A DNA stretch of 35,862 nucleotides, taken from the IMG/VR virus record IMGVR_UViG_3300020043_004284, positions 1 through 35,862 of that record. One strand, given 5' to 3'. Below, in pieces: positions 26,931-34,859 of this stretch (its first letter is position 1; each line of letters opens with the position of its first letter). The stretch is from a virus. Its lineage: Duplodnaviria > Caudoviricetes. Below the pieces are notes generated by a model. It made no database searches and was not told the DNA's origin. It saw nothing but the letters and a program-made list of their open reading frames with translations. The position numbers and the translations under genes were made by a program.

Positions 26931-27309
26931 TAGGAGGCTTCGGCATTATAACCTCATTAAAATGATGAGTCGATTCAGTTTCTTGCCGATCCTTCCATTC
27001 ATCTTTATAGCGATTTTTCATATTAAAAATCCAAGAAACGGCATTTCCTTGAATCTTACCGTTAGCTATTGTCTTACCAATTTGCTCCCATCCCATTCGA
27101 CCATTTCTAATTGCTTTTTCAATCTCCTTTTTTTCGGAAGACAATTCTATTGGATGTTTTTCTAGTGCTGATTCCATTGTTCTAAAATCGCAATCTGGAA
27201 AACATTGCTTAGAATACCCTTCTGCAAGGTGTGCAGCATACTTTGGAAGAAGTAATTTCAACTCATCTAAAGTGTAGCCATTATGATTATTGCCTTCTGG
27301 TGCTGGCAT
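26908..27309 (-). CDS. terS: Terminase small subunit
   Basis: MPAPEGN start, 'WIFNMKNR...W.DR.E' end, overlaps terL. Confidence 0.85.
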   Translation of the reverse strand: MPAPEGNNHNGYTLDELKLLLPKYAAHLAEGYSKQCFPDCDFRTMESALEKHPIELSSEKKEIEKAIRNGRMGWEQIGKTIANGKIQGNAVSWIFNMKNRYKDEWKDRQETESTHHFNEVIMPKPPSEATDES

Positions 27310-27310
27310 A

Positions 27311-27541
27311 TTATGTACGTTTAAATTTAACTGCTTTTGACTTTACAGACTTTTTACCAACGCATCCCCACGCTTGACGGCTTAGATCATTAGCGCAGGG
27401 AGGCTTGGCACACTTTTTTATTCCAGATGACCGTGCGCAGTAGCTATCGCCTTTCTTCGTTCCGGGTGCGATTGAATAACCTTTTGCGCCAAATTCAACA
27501 GTTTTACCATTGACTGTTTTTTTGAATTTCTTTTCGGCCAT
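27311..27541 (-). CDS. Small basic Cys-containing protein
   Basis: 76 aa, 'FGAKG...GDSYCARS...W.C' pattern. Confidence 0.75.
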   Translation of the reverse strand: MAEKKFKKTVNGKTVEFGAKGYSIAPGTKKGDSYCARSSGIKKCAKPPCANDLSRQAWGCVGKKSVKSKAVKFKRT

Positions 27542-27546
27542 TTGGA

Positions 27547-27696
27547 TTACATTTTTTTCTTTTTGGTCACTTTCTTTGTTTTACCAGCAGATGCCAGAGC
27601 CATCGCTACGGCTTGCTTCTGTGGGTATCCTTTTTTCATTTCAGCCGAGATATTCTTTGATATCGTGGCTTTGCTAGTTCCTTTTTTTAACGGCAT
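27547..27696 (-). CDS. Small Lys-rich protein (49 aa)
   Basis: [16 protein letters not shown]...QAVAMAL; ATG 27696 follows a TACATTTG element. Confidence 0.75.
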   Translation of the reverse strand: MPLKKGTSKATISKNISAEMKKGYPQKQAVAMALASAGKTKKVTKKKKM

Positions 27697-27739
27697 TTCA
27701 GTAAGGGTTTTCACAAATGTAGCCAAAAATTGTAACCAC

Positions 27740-27764
27740 AAAAAAAAAGCCCAATTAAGGGCTT
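27740..27764 (-). terminator. Intrinsic terminator at the early/late boundary
   Basis: Minus strand: AAGCCC-ttaatt-GGGCTTTTTTTTT. Confidence 0.8.
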
Positions 27765-27969
27765 AAATTGATGCGATTGAAAGATCTCTAGCAAGTGCCA
27801 GTTGTTCTTCTCTGCGGTTGATCCAGTCGAATAATATGGACCGCAATAAGTCGCTTTGTTTCTGGTTTTTTGGCTTCAATTCAATGAATCGGTCCATTTG
27901 ATCTCTGGTTAGCACAAAGGCCAGAGTACAGTCTTTTTTTTCGAATTGATCGTAAATTATTTTAGGCAT
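27763..27969 (-). CDS. Ribbon-helix-helix-like protein, paralog B
   Basis: Paralog of 8763-8951. Confidence 0.7.
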   Translation of the reverse strand: MPKIIYDQFEKKDCTLAFVLTRDQMDRFIELKPKNQKQSDLLRSILFDWINRREEQLALARDLSIASI

Positions 27970-28016
27970 TTTGATATAATTTAAAATAGGAGGGTTACCT
28001 CTCCTTTTATAAGTAA

Positions 28017-29045
28017 TTAATTGTTATCAAACAAAGTCAATTCTTTTGCAATGTTTTTAAAGCGTTTTTTCGCATCTTTTAGATTTAAAACCATTTGCTT
28101 GAAATAGCTATCTTTTAATTCAATTCCTATTGCTTTTCTTCCTAAACTGACTGGACTATAAACCTCACTACCAACTCCTGCAAATGGCGTTAAAACAACT
28201 TCATTAGGGTTAGAATATAATTCAACTATTCTATCAATAACATCTAATTGAAGTGGGTGTACGTGCTTTTCATCATCATCTTCTTTACTGTCTTTAAAAG
28301 GCAATACATTATCAATTCTAATATCATCCCAAACACTAGAGGCATATCTCTGCCAAATATAATGACTCAATTTATTTGTTTTTGCATCATCGTGATTTTC
28401 AAATTTAGTATTCAAATGATCCCATAATTGATCTTCATTTAACTTTGTATTGTTCGCATTATTCCAAGCTCTTAAAATATTTGGTAAAATTGGAACTTCT
28501 CCGTAGTATTTTGTTAATCCATTTGTATGGGTTACTGGTACTTTATTTTCTCCATTTTTTGTAAAAATTAAAACATAATCGGGCATAGCGGTAAAGCATT
28601 TTGTAGAATCTTCTACGATGAATTTGTGCATTAGACTTTGAACCATTGTTCTCATTCTAACTTTCAAAGGTTCTTTCCAGATTGTAATTCTATTGCGATA
28701 ATGAAAACCATATTTTTCGTGTATTCTTATTATCTCGTGTGGAAAGTCCCATAAATAGCATTTATTATCGTGAACATCAGTGCAATGGACTGCGTTAATT
28801 CTGCCAGATTTAGTAACTCTAGCCATTTGCTGAACTAAAAATTCATATTGTTCTAAAAATTGATCTTTGCTTTCACAATTGCTAAAATCATTCTCACTAG
28901 ATGAATAATTGTAAAGTCCTGCAAATGGTGGACTATAAACAACTAAATCAATACTTTCGTCTTCTAGTGTTGGTAATACTAGCATACAATCGCTATTGTA
29001 TATTGCGTAATTATCTGTAATTACTTGATCTTTTACTTTGCTCAT
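28017..29045 (-). CDS. DNA amino-methyltransferase, beta class (probably N4-cytosine)
   Basis: Catalytic SPPF near the N-terminus, HVHPLQ, SAM-binding PFAGVGS...GIELK near the C-terminus. Confidence 0.92.
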   Translation of the reverse strand: MSKVKDQVITDNYAIYNSDCMLVLPTLEDESIDLVVYSPPFAGLYNYSSSENDFSNCESKDQFLEQYEFLVQQMARVTKSGRINAVHCTDVHDNKCYLWDFPHEIIRIHEKYGFHYRNRITIWKEPLKVRMRTMVQSLMHKFIVEDSTKCFTAMPDYVLIFTKNGENKVPVTHTNGLTKYYGEVPILPNILRAWNNANNTKLNEDQLWDHLNTKFENHDDAKTNKLSHYIWQRYASSVWDDIRIDNVLPFKDSKEDDDEKHVHPLQLDVIDRIVELYSNPNEVVLTPFAGVGSEVYSPVSLGRKAIGIELKDSYFKQMVLNLKDAKKRFKNIAKELTLFDNN

Positions 29046-29063
29046 TTTTCTTGTTTTTAATTG

Positions 29064-30443
29064 TTAGAATCTTGGTTTGATTACATCTTTTGTAAATTCC
29101 TTTTTTTGAATTTCGTAAATACTATTTACATTTTCAGATAATTTCGTAAACATATCATTTGCTTTTTCTTTTTTGACTTGAAGACTTTCCATAATTCTAG
29201 TTTGGCCATCACTTAAAACTAAATCAACATAAACATCATTTTTTTGACCAAATCTCCAAAACCTTCGTATTGCTTGATAATATTGTTCATATGAATAAGT
29301 TGGAAAATATGTAGTATGATTACAGTGCTGCCAGTTTAATCCAAAAGCTGTAATAGAGGTTTTTGTAATTAGTTTTTTTATTTCTCCTTTAGAAAAAGCC
29401 AATAATATTTCTTCTTTTTTATCAATATTCATATTGCCTTTTACTTCTACACAATTATCTAATTGACTAATTAATTTTGCCTCATCATTCAAATTAACCC
29501 AATAAACGCTAGTATCGTGTTTATTTGCTAGACTTACAGCTTTTTGGCATCGTTGTTCTAGTGTGCTTCTTGTTTCGGCTTTTATTTCAAAGAAATTTAC
29601 AGCTGGAAAATTAAATATTGAAGTCTGACCATTTATAGCTAATGGATTTTCATTTTTTACTTGATGTTGGTTTTCTATAAGTTTTGGCAACTTATATTTT
29701 TGATCACTAAATCCTAAATCACTTGGCTTTCTTATTGAAATTGCCCATTGTGAAACCCATTTCCAAAAATCTTTTTCTGCGTGTGATTTTAAGTACCAAT
29801 CGCTGCCAGCAGTTGCCAAAGCTCTACCAGAAGATTTTATATTATTACCGTTATTATTCTTAAAAAATTTAGTAAGCATATCGGTATATCCTAAATAACC
29901 TAAAGCCTCACTACTTGTTCCTAATTCGATATAATCGTTTGGGCTTGGCGTAGCAGTTGAGCAAAAACGATAAGGAACTTTTTTAATAAATGAGGTAATC
30001 TTATTTTTTATTGCTCCATCAAAGTTTTTTAAAATACTGCTTTCATCAAGTATAACTCCTATAAAATCTTTTTCATCAAAGTATTGCAATCTCTCATAAT
30101 TGCATACAACTATTTTTTTAGAATGAACTCCATTTTTTGAATATTCAATATCATCAATACCTAATTTTTCAGCTTCTAAAATAAATTGAAATGCGACTGC
30201 TAAAGGAGTAAGTATTAATACTTTTTTATTCGTATGGTTAATTATATTTTTTGCGATTGATAATTGAATTAAAGTTTTACCTAATCCAGTATCAGCAAAT
30301 ACAGCAATCCTTCCTTTTTGAATTGATTTTTCAATTATTGACTTTTGAAAATCAAAGGCAATTTCTGGAATATAATTTGCATCAAATCCAAAATTTCCAA
30401 TTGAATGTCTTTTCTTTTCTAAAAATTCTAAATAGTTATTCAT
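29064..30443 (-). CDS. SF2 (SNF2-like) helicase/ATPase
   Basis: DTGLGKT, LDESS, TATP, FGLNWQ, QAIRRFWRFGQ motifs. Confidence 0.92.
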   Translation of the reverse strand: MNNYLEFLEKKRHSIGNFGFDANYIPEIAFDFQKSIIEKSIQKGRIAVFADTGLGKTLIQLSIAKNIINHTNKKVLILTPLAVAFQFILEAEKLGIDDIEYSKNGVHSKKIVVCNYERLQYFDEKDFIGVILDESSILKNFDGAIKNKITSFIKKVPYRFCSTATPSPNDYIELGTSSEALGYLGYTDMLTKFFKNNNGNNIKSSGRALATAGSDWYLKSHAEKDFWKWVSQWAISIRKPSDLGFSDQKYKLPKLIENQHQVKNENPLAINGQTSIFNFPAVNFFEIKAETRSTLEQRCQKAVSLANKHDTSVYWVNLNDEAKLISQLDNCVEVKGNMNIDKKEEILLAFSKGEIKKLITKTSITAFGLNWQHCNHTTYFPTYSYEQYYQAIRRFWRFGQKNDVYVDLVLSDGQTRIMESLQVKKEKANDMFTKLSENVNSIYEIQKKEFTKDVIKPRF

Positions 30444-30461
30444 TTTTAATTGGTTTAAAAT

Positions 30462-30479
30462 GGGAGGCTTTAACCTCCC
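30462..30479 (-). other. GGGAGG..CCTCCC intergenic hairpin
   Basis: Follows the first gene of P4, as the 7247 hairpin does for P2. Confidence 0.65.
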
Positions 30480-30488
30480 TTGTATTTA

Positions 30489-30695
30489 TTAAAATAAAAT
30501 TACGGTTCCAGTTGTTGTTATATATCCAGCTTTCAATGATCCTTTTTTGCCTTCAAGTATAACGTGAAATTCAACATTTGGATTATTTGCTTTTAAGTTT
30601 GGATAAAGATCTGCAATTACTTCTAATTCAATTATTGAATAGTTTGTATTTTTAACAGAAACTGTCTGGCCGATTTGAAAATTTGAAGTTGTCAT
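30489..30695 (-). CDS. Small hypothetical protein
   Basis: 68 aa directly after P4. Confidence 0.75.
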   Translation of the reverse strand: MTTSNFQIGQTVSVKNTNYSIIELEVIADLYPNLKANNPNVEFHVILEGKKGSLKAGYITTTGTVILF

Positions 30696-30754
30696 TTGTT
30701 CTTGTTGTTATTGTTTGATAATGCAAATATACAACCCTTTTCTTTAACTGCAAA
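30696..30754 (-). promoter_or_regulatory. Conserved promoter cassette P4
   Basis: Minus strand: TTTGCAGTTAAAGAAA, N19, TATATTTG, then CAAACAATAACAACAA. Confidence 0.85.
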
Positions 30755-30772
30755 TTTTAGGTATAAAATAAC

Positions 30773-30961
30773 TCAATTATTTTTTTCACAATAGTTTAAA
30801 TACTTGGTTTTCTTGTCGTTCTGAATGTAGTCCAGAACCATCTTGCGAAGTATTGAACTGCGCTTTTTGCTGCCAATGGCCAGCAGAAAGTCATCCATTT
30901 CTTGTCTGGTTACATTGACCGTAATTGAATGCTCTCGTTTGTGTTCGACTGTATATCTCAT
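30773..30961 (-). CDS. Ribbon-helix-helix-like protein C (divergent)
   Basis: SITVNVTRQEMDDF...KRSSILRKMV aligns with LAFVLTRDQMDKF...KQSDLMRSIL. Confidence 0.6.
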   Translation of the reverse strand: MRYTVEHKREHSITVNVTRQEMDDFLLAIGSKKRSSILRKMVLDYIQNDKKTKYLNYCEKNN

Positions 30962-31134
30962 TATGAAATCCGGTTTGTAAGGTATAACAAAGTTGATTGG
31001 GCAACTACGAGATCCGCAGACCTACTCACTTTTGTTGAGTTGTATTTTGCCTTTAGAATCTTGTATTCAATCTGCTTCACTTTTCGCTGATAGTATTCAA
31101 TCAGTTCGTGTATGGTCATTTCTGGCTTTGTCAT
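30961..31134 (-). CDS. Small hypothetical protein (57 aa, not in ORF track)
   Basis: MTKPEMTIHELIEYYQRKVKQ...; overlaps both neighbours by 1-4 nt. Confidence 0.65.
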   Translation of the reverse strand: MTKPEMTIHELIEYYQRKVKQIEYKILKAKYNSTKVSRSADLVVAQSTLLYLTNRIS

Positions 31135-31955
31135 TTTTTCTCGGTTAAACTTTTCGTGTAAATTTCAATTAATTGCTTTTTGTCGGCCTTTTGCAAGAAA
31201 TTAACCAGTAGTTCTTTTTTGCTCGCTTCTACGGCTTTTTTGAAGATTGGATTTTCTCGCCACATTGAAGTATTCATCTGGTTATAGTCTGGCAAGGCTT
31301 CCAGATAGTCCTTGAACTGGTACGCTTGCTTCCGCTTGACTTGATCTCGTAAAATATCCATCGGCATTCCTTCAATAAATTTTTTCAGATGCTTAAAAAG
31401 CATTTTTAACTTTTCTTCATTAGAAGCGTTGTAAGCGTTTATCTTTTCCAGTTTGGTATAATATACCTCAATAGCGGTGTCGTGCTTCTGTGGATCGTTT
31501 ATGAAGTCCGTAAAGGCATTAATCATTATAAGATGCTTGTCGGCATCTGCCATTACTGGAATTTGATTTGTTGGTAGGTAGGGCATTTTTGATTTTTCTG
31601 AGTGATTTAAACGAAATTCTTTGTACCAGCCGAATATATTGGATGCTGATAGGACTTTTAGCTGGTTTTCCAGTTTGATTTCTCCAAATGCTGCCATATT
31701 TATCGATAGGCATATATCATCTACAAAGGCTGCTGGATAGACTGAAAGTATTTTTGTGATTACTTCATTAGCCGTGATCCCTGCATTGGCTCCATTGATT
31801 GATATTCCCATAACAACGGCAGCTTTAAAAATTGAATCAGTTATTTTTTTTTCAACTGAAATTCTATTCTGCGATAAATCGTAGTTCAATCGACCGGGTT
31901 TTTCTAAAGCTGGATTCCTTTCCAGACTTGAATTGATTACTTGTAATTCTTTCAT
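31131..31955 (-). CDS. Replication-associated hypothetical protein (helicase-loader position)
   Basis: 274 aa, ATGA-coupled to the initiator gene. Confidence 0.55.
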   Translation of the reverse strand: MKELQVINSSLERNPALEKPGRLNYDLSQNRISVEKKITDSIFKAAVVMGISINGANAGITANEVITKILSVYPAAFVDDICLSINMAAFGEIKLENQLKVLSASNIFGWYKEFRLNHSEKSKMPYLPTNQIPVMADADKHLIMINAFTDFINDPQKHDTAIEVYYTKLEKINAYNASNEEKLKMLFKHLKKFIEGMPMDILRDQVKRKQAYQFKDYLEALPDYNQMNTSMWRENPIFKKAVEASKKELLVNFLQKADKKQLIEIYTKSLTEKK

Positions 31956-32653
31956 TGGTTTTGATTATAAATTTGTTGCATTGCTTTTTGATATTCATTC
32001 TGCATTACTTCCATTTTATCTGGTTTTGGCTGGTTAAAATTATTTGATTGAAAACTGCCTTTAGGTCTTTCGTTTTTCTTCCACGTTCTGAGTCTTCCTT
32101 GAAGATTCCAAGTCTTTTCAAGTTCATACCTCATTTTTTTACCAGTTTGGTTTTCTTCACTCCAGTAGTGATAGAAGTCTAACAATAAATTTTTATCATA
32201 TTCTGACAAATAATTTTTGATAGTGTCAGCAAACGATAGTTTGCGTTCTTCTATATCTATTGTTTTAATAATACTCTTACTTACATTTTCTTTTTCAATT
32301 ACATTAACATTTTCATTATCATTAACACTTACATTATCATTATCATTATCGGCTTTATTTGGGTTATTTTTTAACCCAGAATAACCCACTGGGTTTTGTT
32401 GGGTTTCTTTTGCAGGTCTTCCACCTTTAGAACCATTTTCTTTATTCTTATCAGAAGCGATTTTATATTTCTCTAAATCTCTATCAAATTGATTTTTAAA
32501 TGAAATAAATATAACCTTCATCAATCCAGTTAATTGAACTGGCTTATTTAGATTATAATCACGCATTGCACAAAATAATTCTCCAGCTTGATCCATACTT
32601 AATTCATCAAGTATATCTAATGAATCTAAGTGTATAATAAAGGATTTCTTCAT
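31952..32653 (-). CDS. Replication initiator-like protein (DUF6291-type N-terminus)
   Basis: MKKSFI...L..EQAG.LF-like N-terminus, 'NGSKGGRP', DN-repeat linker, 'FYHYWSE...RLRTW' C-terminal domain. Confidence 0.75.
   Translation of the reverse strand: MKKSFIIHLDSLDILDELSMDQAGELFCAMRDYNLNKPVQLTGLMKVIFISFKNQFDRDLEKYKIASDKNKENGSKGGRPAKETQQNPVGYSGLKNNPNKADNDNDNVSVNDNENVNVIEKENVSKSIIKTIDIEERKLSFADTIKNYLSEYDKNLLLDFYHYWSEENQTGKKMRYELEKTWNLQGRLRTWKKNERPKGSFQSNNFNQPKPDKMEVMQNEYQKAMQQIYNQNQ
32285..32405. repeat. Putative replication origin inside the initiator gene
   Basis: Five AACCCA/TGGGTT boxes (32360, 32373, 32383, 32390, 32400) next to AT-rich CATTAT-type repeats. Confidence 0.55.
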
Positions 32654-32788
32654 AATGAAAAAAACCTCATCCGACTTTCTCTGGGTGAAGCCTGCCGAAC
32701 GCAGCCAGATACTAATCGAATGAGGTTTTTAAATGTCTTTTTCAATGTTCGGTTCGTTGTAGGTCTTCACTCCTATTGTTCAACGATT
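32654..32788 (-). ncRNA. Structured leader RNA/attenuator upstream of the replication operon
   Basis: TATATTTG at 32796-32789; 5' hairpin; 14-bp terminator stem enclosing a branched loop; two nested 6-nt complementarities. Confidence 0.65.
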
Positions 32789-32799
32789 CAAATATAACT

Positions 32800-33231
32800 C
32801 TATTTTTGTAATAGAAAAATAATAGTGCCTAAAAAGCCAATAATTAAAGTAACAGCAATCCCACAGAGTGTTTTCCAGATGGCAGCATCCTTTTGCATTT
32901 CATCCATTTTCAAATGATCTTCAATTGCCATCAATTCCAGACCATCGGCATAGCTTCGGCCCTTCTCGATGGCCTTATTTACCTCGACTGAAATCCTGCC
33001 ATTCAGTTCATCCCTTTCGGTACGATAGTAATCTCTGGACTTACGCATTGCATCCAGTTTGTTGCGCAGTGCTGAGGTCTTGTTTAATTCTCTGGTCCAG
33101 TTCTCTGGGATCCAGACCGATGGCTTACCGGGTGTTTCCATTTGTACGAAGTTAGTTTCTGGATTGTTCTTGATCACCTTCCAGAACTCGCCAGCTATCT
33201 GATAGCCATCCTGCTTTTGCTCGTTAATCAT
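32800..33231 (-). CDS. Coiled-coil protein with a C-terminal TM helix
   Basis: 143 aa; hydrophobic last ~22 aa. Confidence 0.7.
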   Translation of the reverse strand: MINEQKQDGYQIAGEFWKVIKNNPETNFVQMETPGKPSVWIPENWTRELNKTSALRNKLDAMRKSRDYYRTERDELNGRISVEVNKAIEKGRSYADGLELMAIEDHLKMDEMQKDAAIWKTLCGIAVTLIIGFLGTIIFLLQK

Positions 33232-33280
33232 AATATTAATTTTTTTGCAAATTAAATAAACTCAGCCCGATTTGTGCAAA

Positions 33281-33721
33281 TTATTTTTTCTCTGTCAATT
33301 TCAGCGAATTACGCTTTCCGAAATACCAATCTATAAGGGCCACTACTTCATCTAATGACCAAGAAACCCAGCAGAGGTAGCCGAGCCGAGCCAAGTTTTC
33401 CAGCCAGTCCATCTGGTTCTGAGTAGGCTGGTTCTTGCCTACTTTCAATTCGATGGCCAGACCTTTAAAGCCTTGCCTCTGGTTTAGAATTAGGCAATCC
33501 GGTACACCAGACTTAACACCCATTTTTTTAAATTTTATCGCTTCCAGCAGGTTTCTTTTGCCACCGTTTGGTGCGTGAAACCAGATGGCATTACTAAAGT
33601 CTAAGTAAGTGGCTACCTGCTTCTGCAGATTGTCTTCAGTGCCTTTATATAGCGGAAATTGACCGAGTTCTGGCCGTTCTGCACCTTCGAATATAAATTT
33701 GAATCCTACCAATTTTTGCAA
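33281..33721 (-). CDS. VRR-NUC domain nuclease
   Basis: HAPNGG.R...GVKSGVPD...IELK...Q..W motif. Confidence 0.9.
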   Translation of the reverse strand: MQKLVGFKFIFEGAERPELGQFPLYKGTEDNLQKQVATYLDFSNAIWFHAPNGGKRNLLEAIKFKKMGVKSGVPDCLILNQRQGFKGLAIELKVGKNQPTQNQMDWLENLARLGYLCWVSWSLDEVVALIDWYFGKRNSLKLTEKK

Positions 33722-33763
33722 TTATCAATAATAAAACACAAATTTGCATTTTAAATCTAAGAA

Positions 33764-34105
33764 ATGAACTACCTACCAATGACCGATTTTTGCGCAAAAT
33801 ACGGCATTAAGCAATATACACTATGCAGAAGAATAACGGAATACCAGACAGCATATATTAAGGGTCGTAAGAAGCCACAGATTGCAGAGAATGACTATAA
33901 TATTGCACTGGCTCGGATTCATTCGGCTATCAAAGCGCATAGGCCTCCAAAAGCGAATCTGCTGGTTGATGACTACATAAAAAAGTATAATATAGATCCT
34001 GCCAGATTAAAGGCCCGGTGGAAGTCAATTCAAAAGATTAAAATCGGTAATGAAATCTATATTGCTGACATCCGAAATAACCTACGGCATTTTAAGCTAA
34101 TTTAA
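33764..34105 (+). CDS. Basic protein with a tandem winged-HTH-like duplication
   Basis: Two ~45-aa repeats: DFCAKYGI...IAE and DYIKKYNI...IAD. Confidence 0.6.
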   Translation: MNYLPMTDFCAKYGIKQYTLCRRITEYQTAYIKGRKKPQIAENDYNIALARIHSAIKAHRPPKANLLVDDYIKKYNIDPARLKARWKSIQKIKIGNEIYIADIRNNLRHFKLI

Positions 34106-34181
34106 TTTCAATCGTAACTGACTGATTTTTAAAGCGATAAAAAGTATTTTAAAAAATAATTGCGTTATTTTGAAAATAAAT

Positions 34182-34231
34182 TTTGCACTTAAAATAAATA
34201 GTTATACTTTTGCATCACAAACAATAACACA
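34182..34231 (+). promoter_or_regulatory. Conserved promoter cassette P3
   Basis: TTTGCACTTAAAATAA, N19, TACTTTTG(34205), then CAAACAATAACACA-ATG. Confidence 0.85.
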
Positions 34232-34522
34232 ATGAAACGAGAAACAGAAACAACAGAAGGCTATTACGAATCAAATGAAGGCTACGGCCTTAATTATATT
34301 ATTGATTGGGAATTTGCTGGTTATGATGGTATAGGCGATTATGAATATTGGGGCTATAACTGCACCGACAAAGGCAATGCAGTCTGGGATGTAAAGGCAA
34401 TTAAAATCACCAGATGCACAGATGAAGATGGTAACGAAGTTGATATAGCAACTATTGAAAGTGAATATATCAAGTCTTGGATTGATGACATTGAAGAGAA
34501 CGCAGAATTTGACAATAATTAA
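34232..34522 (+). CDS. Highly acidic small protein
   Basis: 96 aa, about 25 D/E against 7 K/R. Confidence 0.8.
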   Translation: MKRETETTEGYYESNEGYGLNYIIDWEFAGYDGIGDYEYWGYNCTDKGNAVWDVKAIKITRCTDEDGNEVDIATIESEYIKSWIDDIEENAEFDNN

Positions 34523-34548
34523 TTTTTAACTTTTAAACAACAATAAAA

Positions 34549-34857
34549 ATGGCAATGATTATTTCCGCAAGTATCGACCTTGCAAAAATTGATACCTCCA
34601 GAATAGTAGCTGGAAAGAACGGTGCACAGTATTACAACATCAGCATCAACGTAAATGATGAAGCAGACCAGTACGGTAATAACGCTTCAGTAGTAACCAA
34701 CCAGACCAAGGAAGAACGTGAAGCCAAAGCACCAAAGGTTTATCTGGGCAATGGTAAGACTGTCTGGTCATCACAAGGCGCACCAGCAGCTACTCAGCCA
34801 GCAGCCAAGAAAGTAAGCGTGCCAGTTCAAGAAGAATTTAATGATCTTCCTTTTTAA
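34549..34857 (+). CDS. Single-stranded DNA-binding protein-like
   Basis: OB-like beta core, flexible linker, acidic 'NDLPF' tail; adjacent to ERF. Confidence 0.75.
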   Translation: MAMIISASIDLAKIDTSRIVAGKNGAQYYNISINVNDEADQYGNNASVVTNQTKEEREAKAPKVYLGNGKTVWSSQGAPAATQPAAKKVSVPVQEEFNDLPF

Positions 34858-34859
34858 TT

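Noticed and set aside
29064-30443. Helicase plus MTase as a DISARM, BREX or type III restriction system
   Set aside because: No nuclease domain or other system components are adjacent.
32154-32163. 10-nt match (TCTTCACTCC) to the leader box at 32764-32773 as a second antisense target
   Set aside because: It encodes part of the YWSE motif and lacks the partner CCGAAC box nearby, so it may be chance.
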